From the IMG/VR virus record IMGVR_UViG_3300048121_000993, positions 1 to 64,000 of that record: a stretch of 64,000 nucleotides of DNA, one strand, 5' to 3'. The translations under genes and the position numbers were made by a program. Shown here in pieces: positions 40,822-49,910 of the stretch. Every line of letters starts with the position of its first letter. Within the stretch, counting starts at the first letter, position 1. A model generated the notes under the pieces. The model was not told where the DNA came from and made no database searches. It saw nothing but the letters and a program-made list of their open reading frames with translations. Source of the DNA: a virus (lineage: Duplodnaviria; Caudoviricetes).

Positions 40822-41205
40822 ATGAGTAAATACAATATAAGCTGTTTTGCAATAGAAGGTACTCGCAGAATGTGGGAAGTAGGACCAGATGGTTTTGTAT
40901 GGCCTTGCTGTTATTTTGGTAATGCATGGGATAAGAGACTTATGATGCATGCAGATGAACTTGATGATCCAATCGCGAAACAGTTAGCATCAAATAAACT
41001 AAATGATGAATCTGCACTGTTATTTGATGATCCAGTAATGTTACAACTAATGAAAGAAGATCCAAATTGGAACAATTTAGAATATCATTCATTAGAAGAA
41101 ATAATTAACCACAAAATATATCAAACATATATTCATCCAACAGGGTGGGAAAGCGATAACCCACCATTAGTATGTGTAGATAATTGTAATAAATGCAAGA
41201 CTTGA
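40822..41205 (+). CDS. Stand-alone SPASM/twitch-like Fe-S domain protein
   Basis: C...VGPDGFVWPCC...C...C immediately downstream of the radical SAM gene. Confidence 0.65.
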   Translation: MSKYNISCFAIEGTRRMWEVGPDGFVWPCCYFGNAWDKRLMMHADELDDPIAKQLASNKLNDESALLFDDPVMLQLMKEDPNWNNLEYHSLEEIINHKIYQTYIHPTGWESDNPPLVCVDNCNKCKT

Positions 41206-41230
41206 CAAGTTACGAAAACTCGTCTATAAT
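41202..41230 (+). promoter_or_regulatory. sigma70 promoter for tRNA-Glu
   Basis: TTGACA-17 nt-TATAAT. Confidence 0.8.
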
Positions 41231-41239
41231 ACATTTTAT

Positions 41240-41314
41240 GTTCGGTTCGTCTATCGGTTAGGACTCCAGGTTTTCATCCTGGCAAGAGGGGTTCGATTCC
41301 CCTACCGAATACCA
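41240..41314 (+). tRNA. tRNA-Glu(UUC)
   Basis: ccagg-ttTTCat-cctgg anticodon arm, agggg-TTCGATT-cccct T arm, encoded CCA. Confidence 0.93.
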
Positions 41315-41330
41315 ATTTAAAGGAAACATA

Positions 41331-42020
41331 ATGAGCAATATAACAGGCAATGATGTAGATTGCTACTTAGTTACACACTGTCAAGGTTATTATGGTAACA
41401 TGTTCATGTGGCTGTTTAATTTACACAATGGATTCCTTGATGCACCACTTAGAGCTAGAAAAACTGTAGCAGATGATACTGAAGAATATCGCATAACAAA
41501 CAACAAAGTAGAGCATTTTCATTTACGGCCTGATGATTATCATAAATGGTATTTAGATACTGCAACATGGGATCAACATATAGAAAATATATTAGCTCAA
41601 CAACAGAAACTAATATGGCGTCCAAATAAACATTTTGAAAAACTAATTGTTAAGCCAGGCACACATGCTCCACAACAATTAATAAAGCAACCAAACATAT
41701 CTAAAATAAAAACAAAACTAATTTTAAATCTAACAGTTGATAAAGATAATATAGACTTTTTAACAAAATTAGAAAATCGTGTTAAAATATTAACAACAAA
41801 TATTATTGAAGATGGTTATATTAAATCACAACATGCAGCATCAGTTCGAGCTGTAGAAAAACTAAAAAAATATCACACTGTAGTAAATATTGATATAGAT
41901 AAATTATTGTTTAAATTTGATGACGATGAATATAATAAAGTATTAGGCTACTTAGGCACTGAACCTATTTTATTTTGGAAAAGAAAGTTAAAGTACGGAA
42001 TGGAATTAATAAATGAGTAA
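41331..42020 (+). CDS. Hypothetical protein, paralogue of 42013-42702
   Basis: Shared GN...W....H..F, K..VKP and IDI.KLLF..D..EY.K blocks. Confidence 0.7.
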   Translation: MSNITGNDVDCYLVTHCQGYYGNMFMWLFNLHNGFLDAPLRARKTVADDTEEYRITNNKVEHFHLRPDDYHKWYLDTATWDQHIENILAQQQKLIWRPNKHFEKLIVKPGTHAPQQLIKQPNISKIKTKLILNLTVDKDNIDFLTKLENRVKILTTNIIEDGYIKSQHAASVRAVEKLKKYHTVVNIDIDKLLFKFDDDEYNKVLGYLGTEPILFWKRKLKYGMELINE

Positions 42021-42702
42021 TGTAGAATGTCACTTATTAATGCATACTGCATGTATGAATGGAAACTTTTTGTTATGGTTTATGTCACAACACGATGATT
42101 TTTTACACTCTGATATATTTCCTAGAAATACACTAATAGATAAATTCTGGGGAGATAAGTCAGATGACCCTTTGCATTTTGCAGTTGAAGATCACAACTT
42201 ATGGAAAGGTGCAATTGGCAAGTCAGAAAATACAGAACACGCAAATCAAAAGAAACACAGTTGGCAAGATCATGTAGATATGTATAAGTCAGATCAAGCA
42301 TACACTAAAATAGCAGTAAAACCTAATCTTGTACATAACATAAAGCATGCAGTAAAGGGAGATATAATAGAACAGTTAATGAGTACAGTAACACCAAAAT
42401 GTTTATATCTACCAGATGTTGAAGATCAAGTACACTTTGAAAAAATTCTAAAAAGAGCAAATCTACTAAGGCCATATGGTATGGACAGAAACAAACATTT
42501 GTTAAAAAACAATTTGGAAGGCCAGCGTGAAAATGTAGAATTACTAAAAACATGTTGCCCAGTACATATAATTGATATTGGTAAATTATTATTTGAGTAT
42601 GATGAAGAAGAATACGAAAAGCTAGTTATAATGCTAGGGTCGGATAAAATAAATAATTGGAAAGAATTAGTAAAATCAAACATAGAGTTGGTTTATACAT
42701 AA
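42013..42702 (+). CDS. Hypothetical protein, paralogue of 41331-42020
   Basis: Shared blocks as above. Confidence 0.7.
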   Translation: MSNVECHLLMHTACMNGNFLLWFMSQHDDFLHSDIFPRNTLIDKFWGDKSDDPLHFAVEDHNLWKGAIGKSENTEHANQKKHSWQDHVDMYKSDQAYTKIAVKPNLVHNIKHAVKGDIIEQLMSTVTPKCLYLPDVEDQVHFEKILKRANLLRPYGMDRNKHLLKNNLEGQRENVELLKTCCPVHIIDIGKLLFEYDEEEYEKLVIMLGSDKINNWKELVKSNIELVYT

Positions 42703-42711
42703 GAGGATATA

Positions 42712-43494
42712 ATGGCAGCACACAAAGAAACAGTATTATCAGTAACACATTACACAGACACATTATTTCATATTACAACTACTCGAGATAGTAGTGTAAG
42801 GTTTAGAGATGGTGAGTTTATGATGATTGGATTAGACAACTGGTCAGAAAAACTACAAAAGAATAAACCTATAATGAGAGCTTATTCAGTAGCAAGTCCA
42901 AACCATCAAGAAACACTAGAATTTTATAGTATCAAAGTACAAGACGGTCCACTTACAAGTAAATTGCAACATGTAAAAGTAGGTGATGAGATACTAGTTA
43001 ATCCTAAAGCAGTAGGCACCCTAGTACACGCAAATTTAAAGCCTGGACGCAATCTGTACTTACTGGCTACCGGAACAGGAATCGCCCCTTTTATGAGTAT
43101 TATACGCGGCGTAGACACATACGAACACTATGATAATGTCATTGTAGTATGGGGTACTAGAATAGCTAAAGAGCTGGCGTTTAGAGAGCTTATAGACGAG
43201 TTAAATAGCGATGAAATATATAGTCAAGTAACTGAAGGTAAACTTAAAACATACTTTACTTGCACACGTGAAGATTATGAGAATACAGGTCGTGTAACAA
43301 CTGCAATGTATAATGGCGATGTTCAAAGGAAACTAGGACTAGTAGATTTGTCACCAATGCATGACAGAGTAATGATATGTGGCTCAATGCCAATGAATGC
43401 AGAATTAATTGAATACTTAAAAGGCGAAGGGTTTACAGAAGGCGACAGTAAAACACCAGGTGAGTATGTAGTAGAAAGAGCATTTGTAGGGTGA
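42712..43494 (+). CDS. fpr: Ferredoxin/flavodoxin-NADP+ reductase
   Basis: RAYSVAS, GPLTSKL, ATGTGIAPF, MICGS, VERAFV. Confidence 0.93.
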   Translation: MAAHKETVLSVTHYTDTLFHITTTRDSSVRFRDGEFMMIGLDNWSEKLQKNKPIMRAYSVASPNHQETLEFYSIKVQDGPLTSKLQHVKVGDEILVNPKAVGTLVHANLKPGRNLYLLATGTGIAPFMSIIRGVDTYEHYDNVIVVWGTRIAKELAFRELIDELNSDEIYSQVTEGKLKTYFTCTREDYENTGRVTTAMYNGDVQRKLGLVDLSPMHDRVMICGSMPMNAELIEYLKGEGFTEGDSKTPGEYVVERAFVG

Positions 43495-44186
43495 GAACAA
43501 ACGCACAAAAGAAAGTAATAACTGACAGGTACGAAAGTGCAACAGTACATAAAGATATTGTAAATCAAGGTTTTATTGATTACTTGCTTAATCAATTTCA
43601 TAATTCAAAACACATAGAAAAGAATACAGGACCAGTTGTAATGAATTATAGTCCGGATAGAGAAGGACTACAAGAATGGTTTACTCCAGTACAACGATTT
43701 GTTGATAACTTGATTGGTGAAAGCCTAGTATGGGGTAGTAATATATTTCGAGTAGAACAACCACATATTGTACACAATGATGATTATCACGAAAAGATAT
43801 ATGACATATTTAAAACAGTTGTGATACCATTAGAAATTTCAAAGCCAACTAATTTTGTAGTATTTGATCAGTATTATTTAGACGGCCCTGTTAAATGTTT
43901 TAGAGGATGGGAAAATGTACCAGATACATATTACAACAAAAGTTTAACAGACTATACAGATATTGTTGGATACACAGACGAACCATTTAACAAGCAAATA
44001 TACAATGAATATTTAACTCATGTACCATACGAATCATTGCATGGATTAACAGTAGAATCTATAGTAAGATGGCAACCCGGAGATGCTATTACATTTGATA
44101 TGGGAAAATTACATTCAGCAGTAGACTTTATTTCACATGGTATTGATTATAAAATTGGATACAGTATTTTTACTGCTAAATACTAA
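43491..44186 (+). CDS. Possible 2OG-Fe(II) oxygenase-fold protein
   Basis: HND...VIPL and W.PGD.I.FD...LH pattern. Confidence 0.5.
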   Translation: MRTNAQKKVITDRYESATVHKDIVNQGFIDYLLNQFHNSKHIEKNTGPVVMNYSPDREGLQEWFTPVQRFVDNLIGESLVWGSNIFRVEQPHIVHNDDYHEKIYDIFKTVVIPLEISKPTNFVVFDQYYLDGPVKCFRGWENVPDTYYNKSLTDYTDIVGYTDEPFNKQIYNEYLTHVPYESLHGLTVESIVRWQPGDAITFDMGKLHSAVDFISHGIDYKIGYSIFTAKY

Positions 44187-44285
44187 TAAGTAAAAAGTAT
44201 ACTTGGCCCGGTAAAATGTTGAGAGTTTTACCATAGGACAGTGCTAGCGGACATATTTTTTATGTAATACTAAAAGGAGTTTTGT

Positions 44286-44543
44286 ATGGCAGACTTATTT
44301 GGTCACAATAGTGGAGATAAAAAATTCATTATTAATATTAGCGATCTTTACGATGAGAAAGAACGCAAACAAAAAGAGTTAGAATTTTACCAAGAAGAAC
44401 TTGATAAATTAATGCTTAGATTAGGAATGTTACAACACGAAATAGGCGTCACTGAAACTATCATCAATATGATAGAAGGTGAATACTTAGTAGATCTTAA
44501 AGAGGCTATTAAAAAGAGGCAAATAATAAAAGGAATAAAATGA
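44286..44543 (+). CDS. Small coiled-coil protein
   Basis: AAGGAG SD; heptad pattern. Confidence 0.7.
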   Translation: MADLFGHNSGDKKFIINISDLYDEKERKQKELEFYQEELDKLMLRLGMLQHEIGVTETIINMIEGEYLVDLKEAIKKRQIIKGIK

Positions 44544-45289
44544 ACACATTATATTTAATATGTAGTCACAGTTGTTTAAGTCAAATGGAAGTTCCATACT
44601 TGCTTAATAACAGCCCTATGCTACACGGTGAAAGCCAAGCAGGAGAACATTGGGCATCATATGAACTAGATGGAAAAGAAGTAGATCACGAACCAGGTCC
44701 GTTGGGAAAGATTCGTGTACATGATGATTATTGGAATATTTCAGATGAAGATAGAGAATGGTATAACTATGATGTTAGAAATACTATGGAAATATCTACA
44801 GAGCAATTAGATGGATTATTAAATTTAATTAAAGATAAAAGCATATCAGTTTTGCTACATGCACAAAATTATGAAGATATTTGGAAGTGGAGTAGAGATT
44901 TACCAGTACTATTAGTCAGAACAAGAATGGATGAATGGGAAAGCAACATTGTTAGTTGGGCTGCACGCGAATACAACTACTTAATGGAAGATGACAGAAA
45001 CGCTAATTACAGTGATGATGATCATAGTTGGCCTGGTGTAGACAAAATTGTTGACGAATTTATATTGAAGAAAAAACTTAATAATAATATCATCGATGTC
45101 GAAGGAGATATTGTTTTAGATCAAAGCCAATGGTCAACTCTTAGCGGATTAGATACCTTATGGGATAGTGTTGGTATTGATAAACCAGACCAAAATTGGA
45201 TACATCAGTATTATGAAGACTTTCAAAATCACCAAGAATTAAACAAAGAACTAGCAAAGGAACTAACAGATGCCTACAATAAAAGATAA
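44540..45289 (+). CDS. Hypothetical protein
   Basis: Intact, coupled ORF. Confidence 0.7.
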   Translation: MNTLYLICSHSCLSQMEVPYLLNNSPMLHGESQAGEHWASYELDGKEVDHEPGPLGKIRVHDDYWNISDEDREWYNYDVRNTMEISTEQLDGLLNLIKDKSISVLLHAQNYEDIWKWSRDLPVLLVRTRMDEWESNIVSWAAREYNYLMEDDRNANYSDDDHSWPGVDKIVDEFILKKKLNNNIIDVEGDIVLDQSQWSTLSGLDTLWDSVGIDKPDQNWIHQYYEDFQNHQELNKELAKELTDAYNKR

Positions 45290-45650
45290 TAACAATGTAG
45301 TACTGTTTAATGATCCTATAAAAATTTATTTGTTTAAGGATGAACAACTAGTAAAGGTATCATTCAAGATATCTGACTATGTAGTTACTAACCGAGATAT
45401 TACACAAGAGGCATTTGAACATATATTAGAAAACTATAATATAGACGATGGTGTGCAAGGAATTGAGATGCACGATAATGGAAAGATTTGGTGGTATCAT
45501 AGTAAATTTGGTCCACGCCCAGAATGTATTCCAGCAGATATGGTGTGCATTAATTTTAACAGATTTAGTTTTAGAATTTCATCAGACGAAATGAATAGAA
45601 TTAAAGAAAACTACTATCATCAAAAGAACAACAAAATGCATTGGGATTAA
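45270..45650 (+). CDS. Hypothetical protein
   Basis: AAGGA SD; intact ORF. Confidence 0.65.
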   Translation: MPTIKDNNNVVLFNDPIKIYLFKDEQLVKVSFKISDYVVTNRDITQEAFEHILENYNIDDGVQGIEMHDNGKIWWYHSKFGPRPECIPADMVCINFNRFSFRISSDEMNRIKENYYHQKNNKMHWD

Positions 45651-46726
45651 CCATGCGTGATTCCTTACATAATTTTAAAAAAGAAAACAATCAGATATGT
45701 ATAGGTTGGCTTTTACAAGAAAACTCTAATACATTTATTAATGGCTTTTCGCAAAATCTTGCTGAGTACTATTATGTTTCATTGGACATATTTGGTATAA
45801 AGCAATATATTGGACACAGTGTAGAAAGTCTGCAAGAACAATCACAAGATTATAAACAAATGCTAGTTATTAAACAAGGTATAGTGTTTCGCGACTTAGC
45901 AGGATTTATAACAAACGTAGCAAATGAAAGCAATACAATAATATATGCAAGCGACTATGCAGATGATATTATAGACTTTAATACAACTAATGCAGATAAC
46001 ATGTCTGAACTAACAGATATACTAAACTTACAAGTGAGCTTTGTAGCTAACACAGAACGGTTTATGTACAGACCAACACCAGGGCAAAAATTTACTAAGT
46101 TAATAACTAGTTCAGGTGGGCTTAATCCAATACTTTATCCGTGGGCATTAAATATGACAAATGGTGCTACAGTTGATGTAGTAGATTTAAGTAATATTGC
46201 ACTAGTAAATGCAAAGCGTTGGGTTAATGAATGGGACGGTAAAGATTGCATAACTTTTGCTAATATGCTACTAGACTCAACTTCTGTTGATGGTCTTACA
46301 TTTATAACAAGAGGTGGAGCTCATAAACACCGTATGCAAGAATTAGTCAATCAACAAGATGGATTTGAGACTTGGTTTAATAATACATTACCATATATTA
46401 ACTATAATTATAGAAAACACGATTTTTTTAATAATACAGAAAACGATAAACTTGTAGAAAGCGTAAAAAACAATGTAGGCAACGTTTATATACATCTAAG
46501 TAACATATATCACTATCAACCTACAGCATTCTATTATAACCTAAAAAGCAGAATATCTATGCAAAATAGCCTAATAAACAAGCTAAAAGCGGCTAATTTA
46601 GGTAAAAAAGTAATGATTACCTGTATTGATGCACAGCATAGGCTACCACCGGCACCTATTTGGGTAGATGACATAGAAACCCCAGAAATACTAGAAAAAT
46701 ACAATATTTTCCCCTGGCAACAGTAA
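45641..46726 (+). CDS. Hypothetical protein
   Basis: 361 aa ORF ending just before a terminator. Confidence 0.7.
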   Translation: MGLTMRDSLHNFKKENNQICIGWLLQENSNTFINGFSQNLAEYYYVSLDIFGIKQYIGHSVESLQEQSQDYKQMLVIKQGIVFRDLAGFITNVANESNTIIYASDYADDIIDFNTTNADNMSELTDILNLQVSFVANTERFMYRPTPGQKFTKLITSSGGLNPILYPWALNMTNGATVDVVDLSNIALVNAKRWVNEWDGKDCITFANMLLDSTSVDGLTFITRGGAHKHRMQELVNQQDGFETWFNNTLPYINYNYRKHDFFNNTENDKLVESVKNNVGNVYIHLSNIYHYQPTAFYYNLKSRISMQNSLINKLKAANLGKKVMITCIDAQHRLPPAPIWVDDIETPEILEKYNIFPWQQ

Positions 46727-46745
46727 AATAATTAAAAAAACTTAT

Positions 46746-46772
46746 AAACCCTTGTACAGCAAGGGTTTTTTC
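46746..46772 (+). terminator. Rho-independent terminator
   Basis: aaacccttg-tacag-caagggttt followed by T run. Confidence 0.85.
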
Positions 46773-46785
46773 TTGACTAAAAAGG

Positions 46786-46814
46786 TTGACAACCAAGACA
46801 TCTTACTGTATACT
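46786..46814 (+). promoter_or_regulatory. Early sigma70 promoter with operator
   Basis: TTGACA-accaagacatcttactg-TATACT. Confidence 0.8.
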
Positions 46815-46837
46815 ATAAGTATATAAACAATAAAGGA

Positions 46838-47266
46838 ATGAACAATATGGCATATGTATCACAAGAAATGAAAAAAGCACTTACACCAGCTATTAAGGCA
46901 GTATTAAAAAAGCACCGTGTTAAGGCATCAATTAGTGTTAACAATCATTCAACACTATGTGTAAACATCAAAGAAGGTGCTATTGACTTTATTGGTGAAC
47001 AGAATAAAAAGAATATGGAAACTTGTCGTCAACGAGGTGTGCCGTTTGTAGAAAGCGATGGTTATATTCAAGTTAATGAATACTACCCAGAAACATACGG
47101 TGATGGAGCAGACTTTTTAGTAGAACTAGTAGATGCTATGAAAGGTCCAGATTACTTTAACAATGATGATGCAATGACTGATTACTTTAGTCGTTCACAT
47201 TATACTAGCATTAATGTTGGTAAGTGGAACAAGCCATATGTTTATAACGCATTTGTAGGACTTTAA
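46838..47266 (+). CDS. Early hypothetical protein
   Basis: Downstream of repeated promoter; DAMTDYF...GKWNKPY. Confidence 0.75.
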   Translation: MNNMAYVSQEMKKALTPAIKAVLKKHRVKASISVNNHSTLCVNIKEGAIDFIGEQNKKNMETCRQRGVPFVESDGYIQVNEYYPETYGDGADFLVELVDAMKGPDYFNNDDAMTDYFSRSHYTSINVGKWNKPYVYNAFVGL

Positions 47267-47278
47267 TAGGAGAATAAT

Positions 47279-47488
47279 ATGAAAACAATAATAAAATTTA
47301 ATGAAGTAACAAATATAGAACTTGGTGGCGTTGATATGAACGACTACCCAGATTTCTGTGATGCATATGTAGAAAGTGCAGAAAAGTTAGATGGTACGCC
47401 ACTAACTGAAGTTGAACTAGAAGCGTTCAGCGAATTAGACGAAACAGCATCTTATATTAATGAGAATGCGTACGAAAGTTTATTTTAA
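47279..47488 (+). CDS. Small acidic hypothetical protein
   Basis: AGGAG SD; DYPDFCDAY motif. Confidence 0.75.
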   Translation: MKTIIKFNEVTNIELGGVDMNDYPDFCDAYVESAEKLDGTPLTEVELEAFSELDETASYINENAYESLF

Positions 47489-47495
47489 AAAAAGG

Positions 47496-47524
47496 TTGAC
47501 AAGTAAGACATCTTACTGTATACT
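47496..47524 (+). promoter_or_regulatory. Early sigma70 promoter with operator
   Basis: TTGACA-agtaagacatcttactg-TATACT. Confidence 0.8.
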
Positions 47525-47564
47525 ATAAGTATAAACACTAAAAAATTAACTACTGGAGAATAAT

Positions 47565-47912
47565 ATGAATTTAGACTATGATGTAAATGAATTAAAAACA
47601 ATTGTTGCCCAAGCTAAAAAGGCAGCATATGAGGCCGCTAGTGATTACCTTGTTGAGAAACTAGATGGTAAAGATAATTATCCTTGTGGATTTGCATGGG
47701 TTAACATTCACGGCATTAAAGGTAATACTAAATTAGGTCGTGCTATGAAACAAGCTGGTGTTAAACAAGATTACACTAAAGCATTTCAAATTTACAACCC
47801 TTCAGGTGTTAATGTGCAAAATGTTGATGTTAAAGAAGCAGGTGCAGAAGCGGCAGCAGATGTATTTACAAGGTACGGCTTTAAAGCATACGCTGGTTCG
47901 AGGTTAGACTAA
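47565..47912 (+). CDS. Early hypothetical protein
   Basis: CGFAWV...KEAGA.A...SRLD. Confidence 0.75.
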   Translation: MNLDYDVNELKTIVAQAKKAAYEAASDYLVEKLDGKDNYPCGFAWVNIHGIKGNTKLGRAMKQAGVKQDYTKAFQIYNPSGVNVQNVDVKEAGAEAAADVFTRYGFKAYAGSRLD

Positions 47913-47913
47913 G

Positions 47914-48075
47914 TTGGATCAAGCGACTATAGAATTGTACGAACACAGAATTGATAATTGTGTTCGTACTGCAAAACAAAATCCCAAAGACAGTTGGGCA
48001 TATAATTTTTGGATGACAACTGCCGGAACACTTTTAAGAAAACTAACTAGGAGTACAAATGAAAAACTTAATTAA
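47914..48075 (+). CDS. Possible small protein (53 aa, TTG start, not in ORF track)
   Basis: Open frame filling the gap; contains an 11-bp inverted repeat at 47937-47969. Confidence 0.45.
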   Translation: MDQATIELYEHRIDNCVRTAKQNPKDSWAYNFWMTTAGTLLRKLTRSTNEKLN

Positions 48076-49204
48076 ATTACCAACTCTTTTTAAGCGTGAT
48101 ACAACTGGCAAGATTCGTATGTGGGAAGTTGAATATGCTGAAACTGATATTGCTGGAAGTGATAGGCATTCAAGTGCAGGCACAAGAACAATCAGTGGTC
48201 TAGTTGATGGGCAAAAAGTCACTAGCGATTGGAATATGAGTACTCCAAAAAATGTTGGTAAAGTAAATGAAACTACAAGTTTAAGTCAAGCAAAAGCTGA
48301 AGCCCAGGCATTATGGGATAAACGCATCGAAAAAGAGTATTTTGAAAACACAAAAGATGTTGACTCTTATGAGCGATTCAAGCCAATGCTTGCACATGAT
48401 TACACTAAGCGTCCACAAAGTGAAGGTTGGAGTCAACCTAAACTAGATGGAATCCGTTGTGTGGTTGATAGTAGAGGTATGTGGACACGAGCAGGTAAGC
48501 CTATTACAAGTTGTCCTCATATTTGGGAATCACTAAAAGGTTATATGGAACAAAATCCACATCACATTTTAGATGGTGAACTTTACAATCATGAACTAAA
48601 AGCAAACTTTAATAAAATTACAAGTTTGGTTCGTAAGTTAAAAAGCACACCAGAAGATATGGCTGAAGCAAAAACTCTAGTTGAATATCATGTTTATGAT
48701 ATGTATGATAAATCAGCAACAGATATGAAGTTTACTAATCGTGTTAAACAAGCATATTGGACAAACAACGATTATGTAAAAATTGTAAAAACTGATTACT
48801 GTGAATCACAAGATCAACTAGATGCATTGTACAGTGAATATATGGAACAAGGCTATGAAGGTCAAATGGTGCGTAATGATGCAACATATGACAACAAGCG
48901 TAGCAAAAATCTTCTAAAGCGTAAAGAGTTTAAAACTGAAGAATTTGATGTTATCCAAGTACTAGAAGGTAAAGGTAATTGGAGTGGATATGCTAAACGA
49001 TTCGTATTGCGTGACAAAGAAGGTAAAGAATTTGGTAGTGGAGTTAGAGGTCAACAAGCACAATTAAAAGAATTGTGGGAGATGTTAAACACTGCTAAAG
49101 GAATGCCAAATTGGGCTACTTGCAGATACTTTGATTTAACACCAGACGGTGTTCCTAGGTTTCCAGTAATCATTGATTACGGCTACGGAACACGACAAGA
49201 TTAA
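48059..49204 (+). CDS. ATP-dependent DNA ligase
   Basis: PMLA, QPKLDGIR, LDGELY, YEGQMVR, LLKRK, PRFP. Confidence 0.92.
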   Translation: MKNLIKLPTLFKRDTTGKIRMWEVEYAETDIAGSDRHSSAGTRTISGLVDGQKVTSDWNMSTPKNVGKVNETTSLSQAKAEAQALWDKRIEKEYFENTKDVDSYERFKPMLAHDYTKRPQSEGWSQPKLDGIRCVVDSRGMWTRAGKPITSCPHIWESLKGYMEQNPHHILDGELYNHELKANFNKITSLVRKLKSTPEDMAEAKTLVEYHVYDMYDKSATDMKFTNRVKQAYWTNNDYVKIVKTDYCESQDQLDALYSEYMEQGYEGQMVRNDATYDNKRSKNLLKRKEFKTEEFDVIQVLEGKGNWSGYAKRFVLRDKEGKEFGSGVRGQQAQLKELWEMLNTAKGMPNWATCRYFDLTPDGVPRFPVIIDYGYGTRQD

Positions 49205-49259
49205 TTTAAATTAATTTCTAAGTCATTGGAAACGCAGGATTCTTTCTTGTGTTTTCTGG

Positions 49260-49288
49260 TTGACAACCAAGACATCTTGTTGTATAAT
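49260..49288 (+). promoter_or_regulatory. Early sigma70 promoter with operator
   Basis: TTGACA-accaagacatcttgttg-TATAAT. Confidence 0.8.
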
Positions 49289-49320
49289 AGTAGTACATTA
49301 AATAAAAAAAGGACTACATT

Positions 49321-49500
49321 ATGAAAACATTTACATTTGAAAATCATTTAGGTGAAATATTTACTGCAAAAGCAGAAAACGGACTTGATGTTATGGAAGA
49401 TGCAAACAAGGCTATATTGTGGTCAAATTGGAAAGACGGAATGTGGAAACAAGTAAGCGACACAAAGTTTGTTTGGGTTTTAGGTAACTTTTTTGATTAA
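49321..49500 (+). CDS. Small hypothetical protein (59 aa, not in ORF track)
   Basis: AAGGA SD and own promoter; MKTFTFENHLGE...LGNFFD. Confidence 0.7.
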   Translation: MKTFTFENHLGEIFTAKAENGLDVMEDANKAILWSNWKDGMWKQVSDTKFVWVLGNFFD

Positions 49501-49505
49501 AAAGG

Positions 49506-49534
49506 TTGACAAGTAAGACATCTTGCCGTATACT
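49506..49534 (+). promoter_or_regulatory. Early sigma70 promoter with operator
   Basis: TTGACA-agtaagacatcttgccg-TATACT. Confidence 0.8.
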
Positions 49535-49567
49535 ATAAGTATAGTTAATAAAAAACAGGAGTTAAAA

Positions 49568-49906
49568 ATGCAAAACGAAATCCAAACATTGATCCAAAAG
49601 TGTAAAGTAGATTATACAAAGTTTGTTACTGCTAGTGATCGTGGAACACCAGATCCAGATAGTTACTTTGGTAAAACACTTGCTAACTTTGAAAATAGTT
49701 TTACTATCAAAGAAGGTAAAAAGTATATTAAGATTATACGCGATAATGGTGTATGGGGCTTTATTGTTAAAGAAGATGGTCCTAAGTTTAAAAAAGGTGA
49801 TATCCTTAAAGCTGCAGGTTGGAATGCTCCAGCAACAAATGCCGCTCGTGGTAACATTTTTGAAGACTTTAGTGTTGCGTGGACAGGTCCACATTACTTG
49901 AAATAA
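49568..49906 (+). CDS. Early hypothetical protein
   Basis: AGGAG SD; GKKYIKI...GDILKAAGWNAPA..ARGNI. Confidence 0.75.
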   Translation: MQNEIQTLIQKCKVDYTKFVTASDRGTPDPDSYFGKTLANFENSFTIKEGKKYIKIIRDNGVWGFIVKEDGPKFKKGDILKAAGWNAPATNAARGNIFEDFSVAWTGPHYLK

Positions 49907-49910
49907 GGAA

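Noticed and set aside
47937-47969. 11-bp inverted repeat
   Set aside because: Single copy, no U-tract, lies within a probable small ORF; no function can be supported
46780-49540. Repeated ~45-bp sequences as a CRISPR array or attC-like cassette sites
   Set aside because: They contain perfectly spaced -35/-10 boxes upstream of SD-led genes; explained as promoters with an operator
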